The notes beneath the pieces were generated by a model. It was not told the origin of the DNA. It saw only the letters and a list, made by a program, of their open reading frames with translations, and made no database searches. Made by a program: the position numbers and the translations under genes. Of a stretch of DNA of 32,000 bases, positions 19,221 through 30,100 are shown piece after piece. The DNA comes from Trichodesmium erythraeum IMS101 (GTDB lineage: Bacteria > Cyanobacteriota > Cyanobacteriia > Cyanobacteriales > Microcoleaceae): the NCBI RefSeq assembly GCF_000014265.1, contig NC_008312.1:5850001-5882000 (forward strand). Direction: 5' to 3'. Position 1 is the first letter of the stretch, and every line of letters starts with the position of its first letter.

Positions 19221-19315
19221 ATTGAAGCTGATTTTTTCCAGACTAAGGCTCAGATCAGTAAAGATTATAAATCAAGACCTAAAACGTAGGAAAATGAAAT
19301 ATTTGAGTTGATTCT

Positions 19316-22300
19316 ATGAAACAACAACAAAAGAGGGAATTAGTAGCTATTATTGGCATGGCATGTCGATTTCCAGGAGCAAATGACTATGGTCAGTTCT
19401 GGAAAAATATGGAAGCTGGAGTAAATAGTATAAGTGAAATACCCTCCCAAAGGTGGGAAGCAGAAAAGTATTATGCTCCTATTCCTAATCAACAAAATAA
19501 GACGATAAGTAAATGGGCAGGGTTGATAGAAGGAATAGATGAGTTTGATGCCGAGTTTTTTAGTATCTCTCCTAGAGAAGCAAGAAAGGTAGATCCACAA
19601 CAGAGAGTTATATTGGAATTGAGTTGGTCTTGTATAGAAGACGCGGGTTATTCACCATCTCAGCTTTCAGGAAAAGATGTAGGTGTTTTTATGGGTGCTT
19701 GTAATTATGACTCTATTCTCTTGATGAACCGAAATCAAGAAAATATAGAAGGTCATAGTGGAACAGGAACCTGGACTTGTATGATTCCCAACCGTATCTC
19801 TTCATTTTTTAACTGGCACGGTCCAAGTATTCCTATAGATACAGCTTGTTCAAGCTCACTGGTAGCTATTCATTATGCACTTAAATCTCTCAAAGAATCA
19901 GAGTGTGAAATGGCATTGGTAGGTGGTATAAGTGTGTTATTCACCTCAACAACATACATCCAGATGAGTCAACTAGGGATGTTGTCGCCAACAGGACAAT
20001 GTAGAACATTTAGCAGCGATGCCAATGGTTATGTGAGGGGAGAAGGAGCTGGAGTAGTTTTATTAAAACCTCTAACAAAAGCTATAGTAGATGGCGATCA
20101 TATTTATGGTGTAATTCAAGGGAGTGCAATTAATCACGGAGGAAAAGCTAGAACTATAACATCTCCTAATGTCTACGCCCAAGCTAAAGTAATTCGTTCA
20201 GCCTACATTAACGCTAATATTTCTCCGGATACAGTATCTTATATAGAATCTCATGGAACAGGCACACCATTAGGAGACCCAATAGAAATTAATGCTTTGA
20301 AAAGAGCCTACAAGCAACTTGCTCAGCAGTATGGAGTCGAAAAAACAGAGAAACCCTACTGTGGTATAGGAGCAGTTAAAAGTAATATAGGACATTTAGA
20401 AGGAGCTGCTGGAATTGCTGGATTAATCAAAGTATTATTAGCAATGAAGTATAAAAAGCTCCCCAAAATTCTCAACTTCAAGGAATTGAATCCACGCATT
20501 AAGATTAAAGATACTCCTTTCTATATCATAGAGGAAAATCAAGAGTGGAAACGATTAAAAAATGAGTTAGGAGAAGAGATTCCCAGACGTGCAGGTTTAA
20601 GTTCTTTTGGTATTGGGGGCGTTAATGCTCATATTGTATTGGAAGAACCTCTAGAAGAAGTAAAAATTAATTTAAGTGATACTTTAGAGCGTCCACAAGA
20701 GATTTTAACTCTCTCAGCGAAGACAGAGAAAGCACTGAGAGAATTAGCCACAAAATATCAAACTTATTTACAATTAGACAGTGAAGCATCGCTATCAGAT
20801 ATATGCTTCAGCGCTAATAAAGGTCAGACACATTTTACAAAAAGATTAGCAATAGTAGCAGAGTCAAAGAGGGATTTACAGCAAAAATTAGCAGGTTTTC
20901 TCCAGGATAATGCGACTCAGGGAGTATTTACAGGAAATTCAGACACTCAGACGATAGCTTTTCTCTTTACTGGTCAAGGTTCCCAATATGCTGAAATGGG
21001 AAGGCAGTTATACGATACTCAACCTACTTTTAAGAAAATTATTGACCAGTGCAGTAAAATTCTGGAAAAATATCTAGAAGTTTCTTTACTAGATGTACTT
21101 TATCCTAATCTCACTATAAAAAAGGAAGAGGTTTCATCTTTAATAGACCAAACAGCTTATACCCAACCTGCTATATTTGTAATAGAATACGCTCTAGCTA
21201 AATTATGGGAATCTTGGGGAATTAAACCAGATGTAGTTATGGGTCACAGTGTTGGTGAATATGTAGCAGCAACAGTAGCAGGTATTTTTAGTTTAGAAGA
21301 TGGTCTCAAACTGATTGCAGCAAGGGGACGGTTAATGCAACAGTTACCCGCAGGTGGAGAAATGGTAGCTGTGATGGCATCAGAAGCAAAAGTGAAAAAG
21401 CTCCTCAGACCTTATGCAGAAAAAGTAGCCATCGCAGCAATAAACGGACCAAAAAGTGTAGTTATTTCTGGTGAGGCGACAGCAGTCAGGGAAATTGTCA
21501 GCAGTTTAGAGTCAGAAAAAATTAAAACTAAACAATTACAGGTATCTCACGCCTTCCATTCACCATTGATGGAACCAATGTTGGCGGAATGGGAAGCAGT
21601 AGCTAAGGAACTAACTTATCATCAACCAGAGATTCCAGTGATATCTAACGTCACGGGAACAATAGCAGATAAAAGCATCACAACAGCCAAATATTGGGTA
21701 GATCATGTACGTCTACCAGTCAGGTTTACTGAAGGTATGGATGCTTTACAGAAACAGGGCGTTGAAATTTTCTTAGAAGTCGGACCGAAACCAATATTGT
21801 TGGGTATGGGTCGCCGATGTCTGCCTAAAGATGTAGGTGTTTGGTTACCATCATTGCGTCTGGGAGTAGATGAGTGGCAACAGATGTTATCAAGTTTAGG
21901 GGAGTTGTATGTACAAGGAGCGAAAGTAGATTGGTCAGGGTTTGACTCCGACTATAGTCGTCAGAAAGTAGCATTACCCACATATCCATTCCAACGAGAA
22001 CGTTATTGGGTAGAAGAAAATGGATATGGGAAAAAGTTATTAAGTAAACAGCAAACAGTAAAGGAACTTCATCCATTATTAGGTTACAAAATAAATATTG
22101 CAGGTCAACAGCAGATATTTGAATCATTCTTGGGAGCAGAAAAACCAGAATATCTGAAAGACCACAGGGTATTTGACGAACCTCTATTCCCGACAACAGG
22201 ATACCTAGAAATAGCCCTAGCAGCCGGGCAAAACCAGTATAAAACCTCTTGGATAGAAGTAGAAGACCTGAGGATAGAAAAAGGCTTAGTATTACTAGAG

Positions 22301-25300
22301 GGAGAGGTAGAAACAGTTCAGACTATACTAACTCCCCAAGAAAATCAAACCTATCAATTCCAAATATTTTCTCAAGAGCAACAGGGAGGAACTCAACAAT
22401 GGGTACTCCATGTAGCCGGAAAAATACAGCAGGCAGCACAACAAGTAGAAGAAGAAAAATTAGATATAGAGAAATATTTAGGAGAGTGTGATCGCTCCAT
22501 AGAAATCAAACAACACTATCAACGTTGTCAGTCCATGGGAATTAGCTATGGTTCAAGCTTCCAAGGGATAAAACAACTGTGGAAAGGAGAAAATCAGGCA
22601 TTAGCCAAACTCGCTATCCCAGAAGCACTAGCAGGAGAAATGGGGGAATATAACATACATCCAGTTATATTAGATGCAGCACTGCAAGTAATATTCAATG
22701 CACTGCCAGAAGCAGAAAACGAAAATCAAACCACATATCTGCCAGTAGGTGTAGAAAAATTAACAACCTACAGCAGCCCAGAGGAGTCAATGTATGCTTA
22801 CGGAGTGGTAGATGGAACAGGTGGAGGAAATTGGAAAGCAAACGTCATCCTCAGCACCGAAACAGGAAAGATAGTTGGGAAAATATCAGGGTTACGAGTA
22901 AAAGCAGCAAGTAAAGAAGCCTTACTAGGAAGCAAACAAGAAACAATTAAAGACTTGCTGTATGAAATAGAATGGAGAAGCAAAGGTCGCTTGGGAAGAC
23001 TACTACCACCAGATTATTTGCTGGCACCAACAAAAATAGAACAGCAACTACAACCAACCATAAGAGAATTAATAGCTCAGGCGAATCTAGAAAGCTATCA
23101 AGAAATACCAGGAAAATTAGAAGAGTTAAGCCTGGAGTATGTACTCCAAGCAATTAAGGAACTGGGGTGGTATTACAAAGTAGGAGATAAGTTGAACAGT
23201 GAACAGGAAATAGAACGGCTAAGTATAGTACCAAGTCAAAAACAACTATTCAAGCGAATGCTACAAATGTTAGGAGAAGCAGGAATAATTGAGCCAGTTG
23301 TTGGTACAGATGAGTGGAATGTAGTGCAAACATTAGACAACAGTGAAGAACAAGGGCCGAAAAAAGGTGAAAAATTCCTGAGTGAGTATCCCCAAGCAGC
23401 AGCAGAGCTAACACTATTAAACCGTTGTGGCACGGAACTAAGTGGAGTATTGCAAGGAGCAACAGACCCAGTAGAGTTAGTGTTTCCATCAGGAGATTTG
23501 ACTGCGGCTACCAGGGTATATCAAGACTCCACCCTCGCTAAATTTATGAACTCCTTAGTAGAAAAAACTATTGCTACAGCAATTGAGAAGTTACCAAAGG
23601 ATCAAGGGATAAGGTTATTAGAAATAGGAGCAGGAACAGGAGGAACGACCAGTTATATTTTACCGACTCTACCAGAAACTAATACAGAGTATGTATTTAC
23701 AGACTTGGGAGTCTTATTTACTACAAAAGCCAAAGAAAGATTCCAGGATTATCCTTATGTAGAATATCGGACATTAGATATAGAAGTAGACCCGACAACT
23801 CAAGGCTATAATGCTCATCAATATGATGTGATTATTGCAGCTAACGTCCTTCATGCAACAACTAATATCAAGGAAATACTGTCTAATGTGCGAAAACTCC
23901 TAGCACCAGGTGGGATATTAGTATTATTTGAAATTACAAGCCGTCAACGATGGCTAGATTTAGTATTCGGACTATTGGAAGGATGGTGGAGATTTGAAGA
24001 TCTAGACATACGACCAGACTATCCATTACTGAGTCGCTCTCAGTGGCAAGAGGTATTGATGGGAACAGGGTTTACAGAAGTAGCCACCTTGCCAGAAGTA
24101 GAAGGAATGCCACAGGTATTATCTCAGCAATCTGTTATTATTGCTCAAGCAGACTCAACGGCCTCAGTACCAGATGCAAAGGGTTGGTTGATCCTAGCAG
24201 ATAAACAAGGAATTGGCCAACACTTAGCAAGACAACTGGAGTCTTTTGGAGGTGTTTGTACTGTAGTATTTGCTGGTGAGAAATATCAACAAATCACTCC
24301 AGAAGAGTTTACTATTAATCCTGATCGCCCAGAAGACTACGAGCAACTGATGACAGCAGTGGTAGATAAGTCACCGGCATTGTCTGGAGTTGTGCAATGC
24401 TGGACAACAGAATTTGCAGCCACAAAAGAAATAAAAGATTTATCTCGATGGGGATGCGGAACAACATTATTTTTAGTGCAAGCCTTACTTAAAAGTCGAT
24501 TACAGCGATTGCCACAGTTATGGTTAGTTACTTCAGGATCTCAACCAGTACCGTTAAATAGTCCTTTGATTCCTGGAGTCAGTCATTCTTCCCTATGGGG
24601 AATGGGGAAAGTTATTAACTTAGAACATCCAGAACTCAATTGTGTTCGTATAGATTTAGACCCAGAAGCAACTGTCGAGAGTAATGCCAACCTACTATTT
24701 AATGAAATCTGGTCAGAGGATAAAGAAGACCAAGTAGCATTACGGGAGAATTCACGCTATGTAGCTCGATTAGTAGCCAGTCATCATCAGCGAGTAGCAA
24801 CAGGGGGACTGACAATACCATCACAACCATATAAACTCGGCATATCAGAAAAAAGCAGTTTAGACAAGCTTATTTTAGAGCCGATTAACAGAAATGCTCC
24901 AGCAGCAGGGGAAGTAGAAATTCAAGTCATGGCAACAGGACTGAATTTCCTAGATTTGGTAGCAACATTAGGATTAGTACCAGATGAAGTAGACGGCGTG
25001 TCTCAAAAACACCTGGTAGATATCAATAGATTTGGGGTAGAATGTAGTGGTTATGTAGTTGCAGTGGGAGAAGGAGTCAAAGGATTAGAAGTAGGAGATA
25101 TGGCGATCGCTATGGCTCAGGGTAGCTTCAGCCAATATGTCACAGTCAATGCTAGTTATGTAGTGCCGAAGCCAGAAAATATAACTTTTGAAGAAGCAGC
25201 ATCAATACCAGCTAACTTCTTAACTGCTTATTATGCCTTACATCACATTGCCAAGATTACTAAAGGCCAACGTATCCTGATTCATGCAGCAGCCGGGGGT

Positions 25301-26971
25301 ACAGGTATGGCAGCCGTGCAAATAGCTCAAAAAGCAGGTGCAGAAGTTTTTGCGACAGCAAGTCCTCCTAAATGGGAAACTCTACGGAAAATGGGAGTCA
25401 AATATATTATGAACTCCCGGACTGTGGAGTTTGCCGACCAGGTAATGGAATTTACCGAAGGGCAAGGGGTGGATATAGTGCTGAACTCCCTAACTTCAGG
25501 AGATTTTGTCAGGAAAGGTTTATCAGTAGTCAGTCCTCAAGGTAGGTTTATAGAAATAGCCAAGCGGGGGGTATGGAAATCTAGCCAAGTAGCAGAAGTA
25601 AGGCCAGATATATCCTATTCTATAGTAGATTTGCTGCGAAAGTCTCAGGAAGAACCAGAATTAATCAATTCCATGTTGCAGGAGTTAACAGCAGATTTCT
25701 CCAATAGCTTACTCAAACCAACACCATTAAAAGTATTCCCCATAGAGGAAGTCATCAGTGCCTTCCGTTATATGCAGCAAGCTAAACATATAGGAAAAAT
25801 TGTCGTTACTCAGCCAAAACAACCAGACAAACCAGTAAGTTTCCGTGGTGATGCTGCATACTTAATTACAGGAGGTATGGGCGGTTTAGGCTTACTAATA
25901 TCTCGTTGGATGGTGTCCAAAGGAGCTAAACACTTAGTTTTACTGGGGCGTCGGGCACCGAATGAGGTAGTCAAAGAAAAACTGGTCGAATTGGAAGCAG
26001 CAGGGGCATCAGTGACAGTAGAAACATTAGATGTGTCAGACTGGGAAGGGATGAAAGGAGTGATAGAGAGGATTAATAACTCAGGCACACCATTAGCAGG
26101 GGTAATGCACTCAGTGGGTGTATTATCAGATGGGGTGCTAGAAAATCAAACCTGGTCAAGTTTTGAGCAAGTCATGGCTCCCAAAGTTCAGGGTAGTTGG
26201 TATCTACACCAGTTGACTCAAAATCAATCCTTAGACTTTTTCCTTGTGTTCTCTTCAGTAGCATCTTTATTTGGTTCCTCTGCTCAGGCAAATCATTCAG
26301 CAGCTAACGCTTTTCTGGATGGTTTAGCTCACTATCGTCGCTCTCTAGGATTACCAGGATTAAGTATTCATTGGAGTACTATTTCCCAAGTGGGAGAGGC
26401 AGCAGAAAGAGGTGCTGATGTGAGGTTGCAAAAACAGGGTATAGCTGCTTTGACTCCCACTGAGGTATTAGAATCTCTAGAAGTGTTAATGAGTAGTAAC
26501 GCTAACACTGAGGTAGCAGTAGTAGATATTGATTGGTCAAAGTGGCAAGAAAGAGCATCCCAATGGAGGTTTTTAGCAGATTGGGAGGGAGTTGTTGCGG
26601 GAGTTATAGGCACAGAAACTAGGCTTTTAGAACAACTAAAAGAATCCTCATCAGAGGAGCAAGAAAAAATGTTAGTGGATTACCTCAAAGGTAAAGTAGC
26701 TAATATTTTTGGCACAACAACTGGCAAAATCATGGATATAGAGCAACCATTAACTACTATGGGACTTGACTCTTTGATGGCAGTTGAGCTACGGAATCTC
26801 ATCCAAAGGGAATTGGGATTTGATATACCTATGCAAACAATAATTGAAGGTATTAGTATTTCGGAAATAGTCGATCTAGTATCTGAGCAGCTATTGTTAG
26901 AACAAGTTAGTTACTCAAATACTTCACCAACTGAAGAAATCGATGAAGATATGGAGGAAATTACTCTATGA
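19316..26971 (+). CDS. Type I modular polyketide synthase, one module: KS-AT-DH-cMT-ER-KR-ACP (2551 aa)
   Basis: All domain signature motifs were read in order (see the domain entries). The stop codon overlaps the next start codon (ATGA at 26968-26971). Confidence 0.97.
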   Translation: MKQQQKRELVAIIGMACRFPGANDYGQFWKNMEAGVNSISEIPSQRWEAEKYYAPIPNQQNKTISKWAGLIEGIDEFDAEFFSISPREARKVDPQQRVILELSWSCIEDAGYSPSQLSGKDVGVFMGACNYDSILLMNRNQENIEGHSGTGTWTCMIPNRISSFFNWHGPSIPIDTACSSSLVAIHYALKSLKESECEMALVGGISVLFTSTTYIQMSQLGMLSPTGQCRTFSSDANGYVRGEGAGVVLLKPLTKAIVDGDHIYGVIQGSAINHGGKARTITSPNVYAQAKVIRSAYINANISPDTVSYIESHGTGTPLGDPIEINALKRAYKQLAQQYGVEKTEKPYCGIGAVKSNIGHLEGAAGIAGLIKVLLAMKYKKLPKILNFKELNPRIKIKDTPFYIIEENQEWKRLKNELGEEIPRRAGLSSFGIGGVNAHIVLEEPLEEVKINLSDTLERPQEILTLSAKTEKALRELATKYQTYLQLDSEASLSDICFSANKGQTHFTKRLAIVAESKRDLQQKLAGFLQDNATQGVFTGNSDTQTIAFLFTGQGSQYAEMGRQLYDTQPTFKKIIDQCSKILEKYLEVSLLDVLYPNLTIKKEEVSSLIDQTAYTQPAIFVIEYALAKLWESWGIKPDVVMGHSVGEYVAATVAGIFSLEDGLKLIAARGRLMQQLPAGGEMVAVMASEAKVKKLLRPYAEKVAIAAINGPKSVVISGEATAVREIVSSLESEKIKTKQLQVSHAFHSPLMEPMLAEWEAVAKELTYHQPEIPVISNVTGTIADKSITTAKYWVDHVRLPVRFTEGMDALQKQGVEIFLEVGPKPILLGMGRRCLPKDVGVWLPSLRLGVDEWQQMLSSLGELYVQGAKVDWSGFDSDYSRQKVALPTYPFQRERYWVEENGYGKKLLSKQQTVKELHPLLGYKINIAGQQQIFESFLGAEKPEYLKDHRVFDEPLFPTTGYLEIALAAGQNQYKTSWIEVEDLRIEKGLVLLEGEVETVQTILTPQENQTYQFQIFSQEQQGGTQQWVLHVAGKIQQAAQQVEEEKLDIEKYLGECDRSIEIKQHYQRCQSMGISYGSSFQGIKQLWKGENQALAKLAIPEALAGEMGEYNIHPVILDAALQVIFNALPEAENENQTTYLPVGVEKLTTYSSPEESMYAYGVVDGTGGGNWKANVILSTETGKIVGKISGLRVKAASKEALLGSKQETIKDLLYEIEWRSKGRLGRLLPPDYLLAPTKIEQQLQPTIRELIAQANLESYQEIPGKLEELSLEYVLQAIKELGWYYKVGDKLNSEQEIERLSIVPSQKQLFKRMLQMLGEAGIIEPVVGTDEWNVVQTLDNSEEQGPKKGEKFLSEYPQAAAELTLLNRCGTELSGVLQGATDPVELVFPSGDLTAATRVYQDSTLAKFMNSLVEKTIATAIEKLPKDQGIRLLEIGAGTGGTTSYILPTLPETNTEYVFTDLGVLFTTKAKERFQDYPYVEYRTLDIEVDPTTQGYNAHQYDVIIAANVLHATTNIKEILSNVRKLLAPGGILVLFEITSRQRWLDLVFGLLEGWWRFEDLDIRPDYPLLSRSQWQEVLMGTGFTEVATLPEVEGMPQVLSQQSVIIAQADSTASVPDAKGWLILADKQGIGQHLARQLESFGGVCTVVFAGEKYQQITPEEFTINPDRPEDYEQLMTAVVDKSPALSGVVQCWTTEFAATKEIKDLSRWGCGTTLFLVQALLKSRLQRLPQLWLVTSGSQPVPLNSPLIPGVSHSSLWGMGKVINLEHPELNCVRIDLDPEATVESNANLLFNEIWSEDKEDQVALRENSRYVARLVASHHQRVATGGLTIPSQPYKLGISEKSSLDKLILEPINRNAPAAGEVEIQVMATGLNFLDLVATLGLVPDEVDGVSQKHLVDINRFGVECSGYVVAVGEGVKGLEVGDMAIAMAQGSFSQYVTVNASYVVPKPENITFEEAASIPANFLTAYYALHHIAKITKGQRILIHAAAGGTGMAAVQIAQKAGAEVFATASPPKWETLRKMGVKYIMNSRTVEFADQVMEFTEGQGVDIVLNSLTSGDFVRKGLSVVSPQGRFIEIAKRGVWKSSQVAEVRPDISYSIVDLLRKSQEEPELINSMLQELTADFSNSLLKPTPLKVFPIEEVISAFRYMQQAKHIGKIVVTQPKQPDKPVSFRGDAAYLITGGMGGLGLLISRWMVSKGAKHLVLLGRRAPNEVVKEKLVELEAAGASVTVETLDVSDWEGMKGVIERINNSGTPLAGVMHSVGVLSDGVLENQTWSSFEQVMAPKVQGSWYLHQLTQNQSLDFFLVFSSVASLFGSSAQANHSAANAFLDGLAHYRRSLGLPGLSIHWSTISQVGEAAERGADVRLQKQGIAALTPTEVLESLEVLMSSNANTEVAVVDIDWSKWQERASQWRFLADWEGVVAGVIGTETRLLEQLKESSSEEQEKMLVDYLKGKVANIFGTTTGKIMDIEQPLTTMGLDSLMAVELRNLIQRELGFDIPMQTIIEGISISEIVDLVSEQLLLEQVSYSNTSPTEEIDEDMEEITL
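19337..20650 (+). other. PKS ketosynthase (KS) domain
   Basis: Motifs present are VAIIGMACRFPGA, the active-site DTACSSS (Cys178), HGTGT (His313) and NIGHLEGAAG (His360). Confidence 0.9.
20954..21865 (+). other. PKS acyltransferase (AT) domain, predicted malonyl-specific
   Basis: Motifs present are FLFTGQGSQY, GHSVGE (Ser645) and HAFH (aa 745-748). HAFH is the classical malonyl-CoA signature, as opposed to YASH. Confidence 0.85.
22067..22915 (+). other. PKS dehydratase (DH) domain
   Basis: HPLLG is present, followed by LKDHRVFDEPLFP. This is the HxxxGxxxxP motif with Asp in place of the usual Gly. GISYGSSFQG and LDAALQ are also present. Confidence 0.8.
23468..24115 (+). other. PKS C-methyltransferase (cMT) domain
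   Basis: The SAM motif I LLEIGAGTGGTT is present, along with DVIIAANVLHAT and LLAPGGILVLFE. The domain lies between DH and ER, as in other cMT-containing modules. Confidence 0.8.
24827..25810 (+). other. PKS enoylreductase (ER) domain
   Basis: The domain has MDR-type features: GEVEIQVMATGLNFLDL and the NADPH loop LIHAAAGGTGMAAVQIAQ. Confidence 0.85.
25847..26395 (+). other. PKS ketoreductase (KR) catalytic subdomain, with catalytic Tyr position occupied by His
   Basis: The Rossmann motif YLITGGMGGLGL and Lys (APKVQG) are present. SSVASLFGSSAQANHSAANAFLD occupies the position where the canonical sequence is ...GQANYAAAN.... The His codon CAT is at 26294-26296. Confidence 0.8.
26657..26890 (+). 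other. Acyl carrier protein (ACP) domain followed by an acidic C-terminal docking tail
   Basis: The phosphopantetheine site is in LTTMGLDSLMAVELRN (Ser2486). The tail reads EEIDEDMEEITL. Confidence 0.85.
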
Positions 26972-27123
26972 AACTGACCCAAATTCTGTCTCAAATCTCT
27001 AGCCAAGGCATTAAATTATGGGCTGAAGGTGATGAGTTAAAAATCCGCGCTCCCAAGGGGACACTAACAGCAGAAATTCGTGATTTATTATCCCAAAATA
27101 AACTCGAATTACTCCAGTTACTT
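26968..27123 (+). other. TubC_N-like N-terminal docking domain
   Basis: MKLTQILSQISSQGIKLWAEGDELKIRAPKGTLTAEIRDLLSQNKLELLQLL matches the recalled pattern of NRPS N-terminal docking domains (L..L...G..LW.EG..L....P.G.L). Confidence 0.7.
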
Positions 27124-30100
27124 CAGCAAAAGAGTAGTAATATTAGTGCCACATCTGTGCCTTTAGTTCCTGTTGGTAGGGATAAAGATTTGCCAGTTAC
27201 TTATCAACAGGAGCGTCTCTGGACTATAGATCAGTTAATGGGAAATAAGCTGAATCTCAATGTTTCTACAGCCCTAAGAATTGAAGGTTTAATAGATGTC
27301 CAACTACTACAAAAAAGTTGGAATGAAATGATGAGTCGTCATGAAACTTTGAGGACTACTTTTAGTTTTGCTGAAGGGTCATTAATTCAAGTGGTTCTTC
27401 CTAGTTTAGATTCTGAGATTTCAGTAGTAGATTATCAAGGTTTAAGTAAGACTGAGCAAGCAAGTGTAATTCAAGAGGCTATTGAACAGGAAGCCCAACA
27501 ATATTTTGATTTATCTGAAGGCCCACTGTTAAACGTAAAACTTTTCAGATGTAGCGAGCGAGAAGGAGTATTGCTATTAGTATCTCATCATATTATTAGT
27601 GATGGTTTATCTCACAATTTTTTATTTCGCGAACATATACTTTTGTATGATTCTTATCTGAGTAAAAAACCATCTCCTTTAGAAGAATTAGATATTCAAT
27701 ATGGAGATTATTCTGTTTGGCAGCGACAGTGGCTACAAGGAGAGGTGTTACAAAAGGGAATAGATTTTTGGAAAAAAGAACTGGCAGATATTTCTACTTT
27801 ATATCCAGTACCATCTGATATTTTTCAAGTATCTCCAGGCTTTAAAGCTATTAAGAAGACTTTTTCAATACCCAATAATATATTGTCTTTAGTGCAAAAG
27901 GTAAGTAATCAATATAGTGTTACTCCTGTAGTTATTTTCCTTTCAGTGTTTTATGTATTGATATTTCAATACTCTCTAAAACAGGATATTGTTGTTGGTC
28001 TCCCAGTTTCGGGAAGGTTACATCATAAACTACAATCTGCCGTTGGTTACTTTACTGATACTATCCTATTACGAGCCAAAATATCTGATAATTTTATTAC
28101 ATTTAAAGAATTACTTAACAAAGTTAAAGAAATTACCATTAAAGCTTATGCCAACCAACATATTCCTCTCAACTTTGTAGCAGAATTCCTGAATCAGCAA
28201 AACAATCAACAATATAGAAATTTATTTCAGATTTTCTTTGACTATATTGACTTTGGAGGAGAAGATAAGATCGAATATCCTAATTTGACAGGAACTTCAA
28301 TAGAGGAAAAGTTCCCTTCAGATATAGATTTGTTCTTTCTTTTATTAAAATTTGAACAGGAGCTAAAAGGGTCTTTTAGTTACAATCCTGAATTATTTGA
28401 AGAAGAAACAATTACAGCTTTAATAGATTCCTATTTGTTGCTTCTAGAAAAAGCAATTAATGCTCCAGAGACACAAATAAATGATTTAGAAATATCAGAA
28501 AATCTGGCAAAACGTAAGACTGAGATTCACAGTCAATCAAGAAAAATAAATCTGATAGAAACTGGTTTAAAATCTATTTCTGAAGTTAAAGAGTCTGCTG
28601 TTTTGACTAGGGATAATCAACTGGTTGCTTATGTGGTTATTACCGATGATTATTCTGTAGAGAAAGTACAATCTTTCCTAGAATCTCATCTATCTTCCGA
28701 GTTTCTCACTGATGCTTATATACCTGTTTCTACTCTACCAAAAACAGAATCTGGAGAAATAGATGAAACTGCTTTAACAAGTTTAGAAGTTATTGACTCA
28801 GAATTAATTAATCGTTGGGAAGAAAAACTGCGATCGCATCCCGAAATAGAAGAAGTGGCGGTAGTTGTGCAGCGCAAACAAGCTTACCCAGTTATACCAG
28901 TAATTCAGGAAACAACAGTAGAAAAGAATGGTAAGGATAACACAAAAGACTTAAAAATTGCCGAAGAAAATATTGCAGATACTACCCCTGCTGAGGTAGA
29001 CGAGGTTGCTGCATCTGTAGAATTTGAAACTTGGGCAGATTTATTACCAGGTACAAATGAACCAGCGATATATAGCACTGACGGTCGTAAACCTCTTACT
29101 CATGCACAACTAAAAGATTTTGTACAGTCACCGCCAGACAAGGCCAGTCTCAGCTATTTGGGGATTAAAATAACTGACCGTGTATGTGCTGCTACTCCCA
29201 ATGGACCAGAAGCAGCAATAGCATTTTTGTCCTTAGCACAACAGTGTGTGTTTGCACCTATTAGCACTTCTCTGACGGAAAAGCAAGTTCAGTTTGAGTT
29301 GGAAGACCTGGGTGCAGTAGCTTTGTTATTGCAAAAGGGAGAAGCTAACAGTAGTGATAATGCAAAGTTAAAAGCTTGTGCGGAAAGTTTAGGGGTGCGG
29401 GTTATTGAGCTAATACCTGATGCTTCAGTATGTGGCTTATTTAGCTTGGAAGAAATTACTACAAATAAGGAAGAGCATCAACCAATAACAGAAGGTAATA
29501 ATAAACCTACTCGTGACCATATAGCTTTAGTGCTGCATACTAGCGGTACAACAAGAAAACCCAAGACAGTACCTTTGACTCATGGGAATTTAACAGCAGG
29601 TTCTTTAACTATTAGTCAGACTATACAACTAACTCCAGAAGATACCTGTATCAATATCATGCCTTTGTTCCACATTCACGGTCTTTCTGTTAATATTCTG
29701 GCCTCACTGTTAGCTGGTGCTAGTGTACTTTGCATGCCAGGGTTATACGCAACAGAAAAAGGAGTAAGTGATTTCTTTGAGTGGTTGAAACCGGACGAGG
29801 GAAGCGATAGAAAGAAAGTAACTTGGTATTCTGCTGTACCAACCATGCACCAAGCAATTTTGGAATATGCAGAACAAGCATTAGCGGAAACAGGTAAAGC
29901 TCCTGAACACTCTCTGCGTTTAATTCGTAACTGTTCCGCAGCACTGCTACCAGCTATTGCCGACCGGATGGCAAAAGCATTTAAATGTGAAGTATTGCCT
30001 ACCTATGCAATGACAGAATCTATGCCTATTTGTAGTCCAGAAGTAGGTAAGGGGTTACTCAAGCGTGGCTCTGTAGGTCGCGCTGCTGGTCCGAAAGTAA

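Noticed and set aside
21825-23489. A cluster of short ORFs on both strands inside the PKS gene (21825-22196, 22249-22491, 22798-23153, 22972-23157, 23236-23489).
   Set aside because: They are alternative-frame or antisense artefacts of a 7.6-kb ORF whose own frame carries continuous PKS domain motifs.
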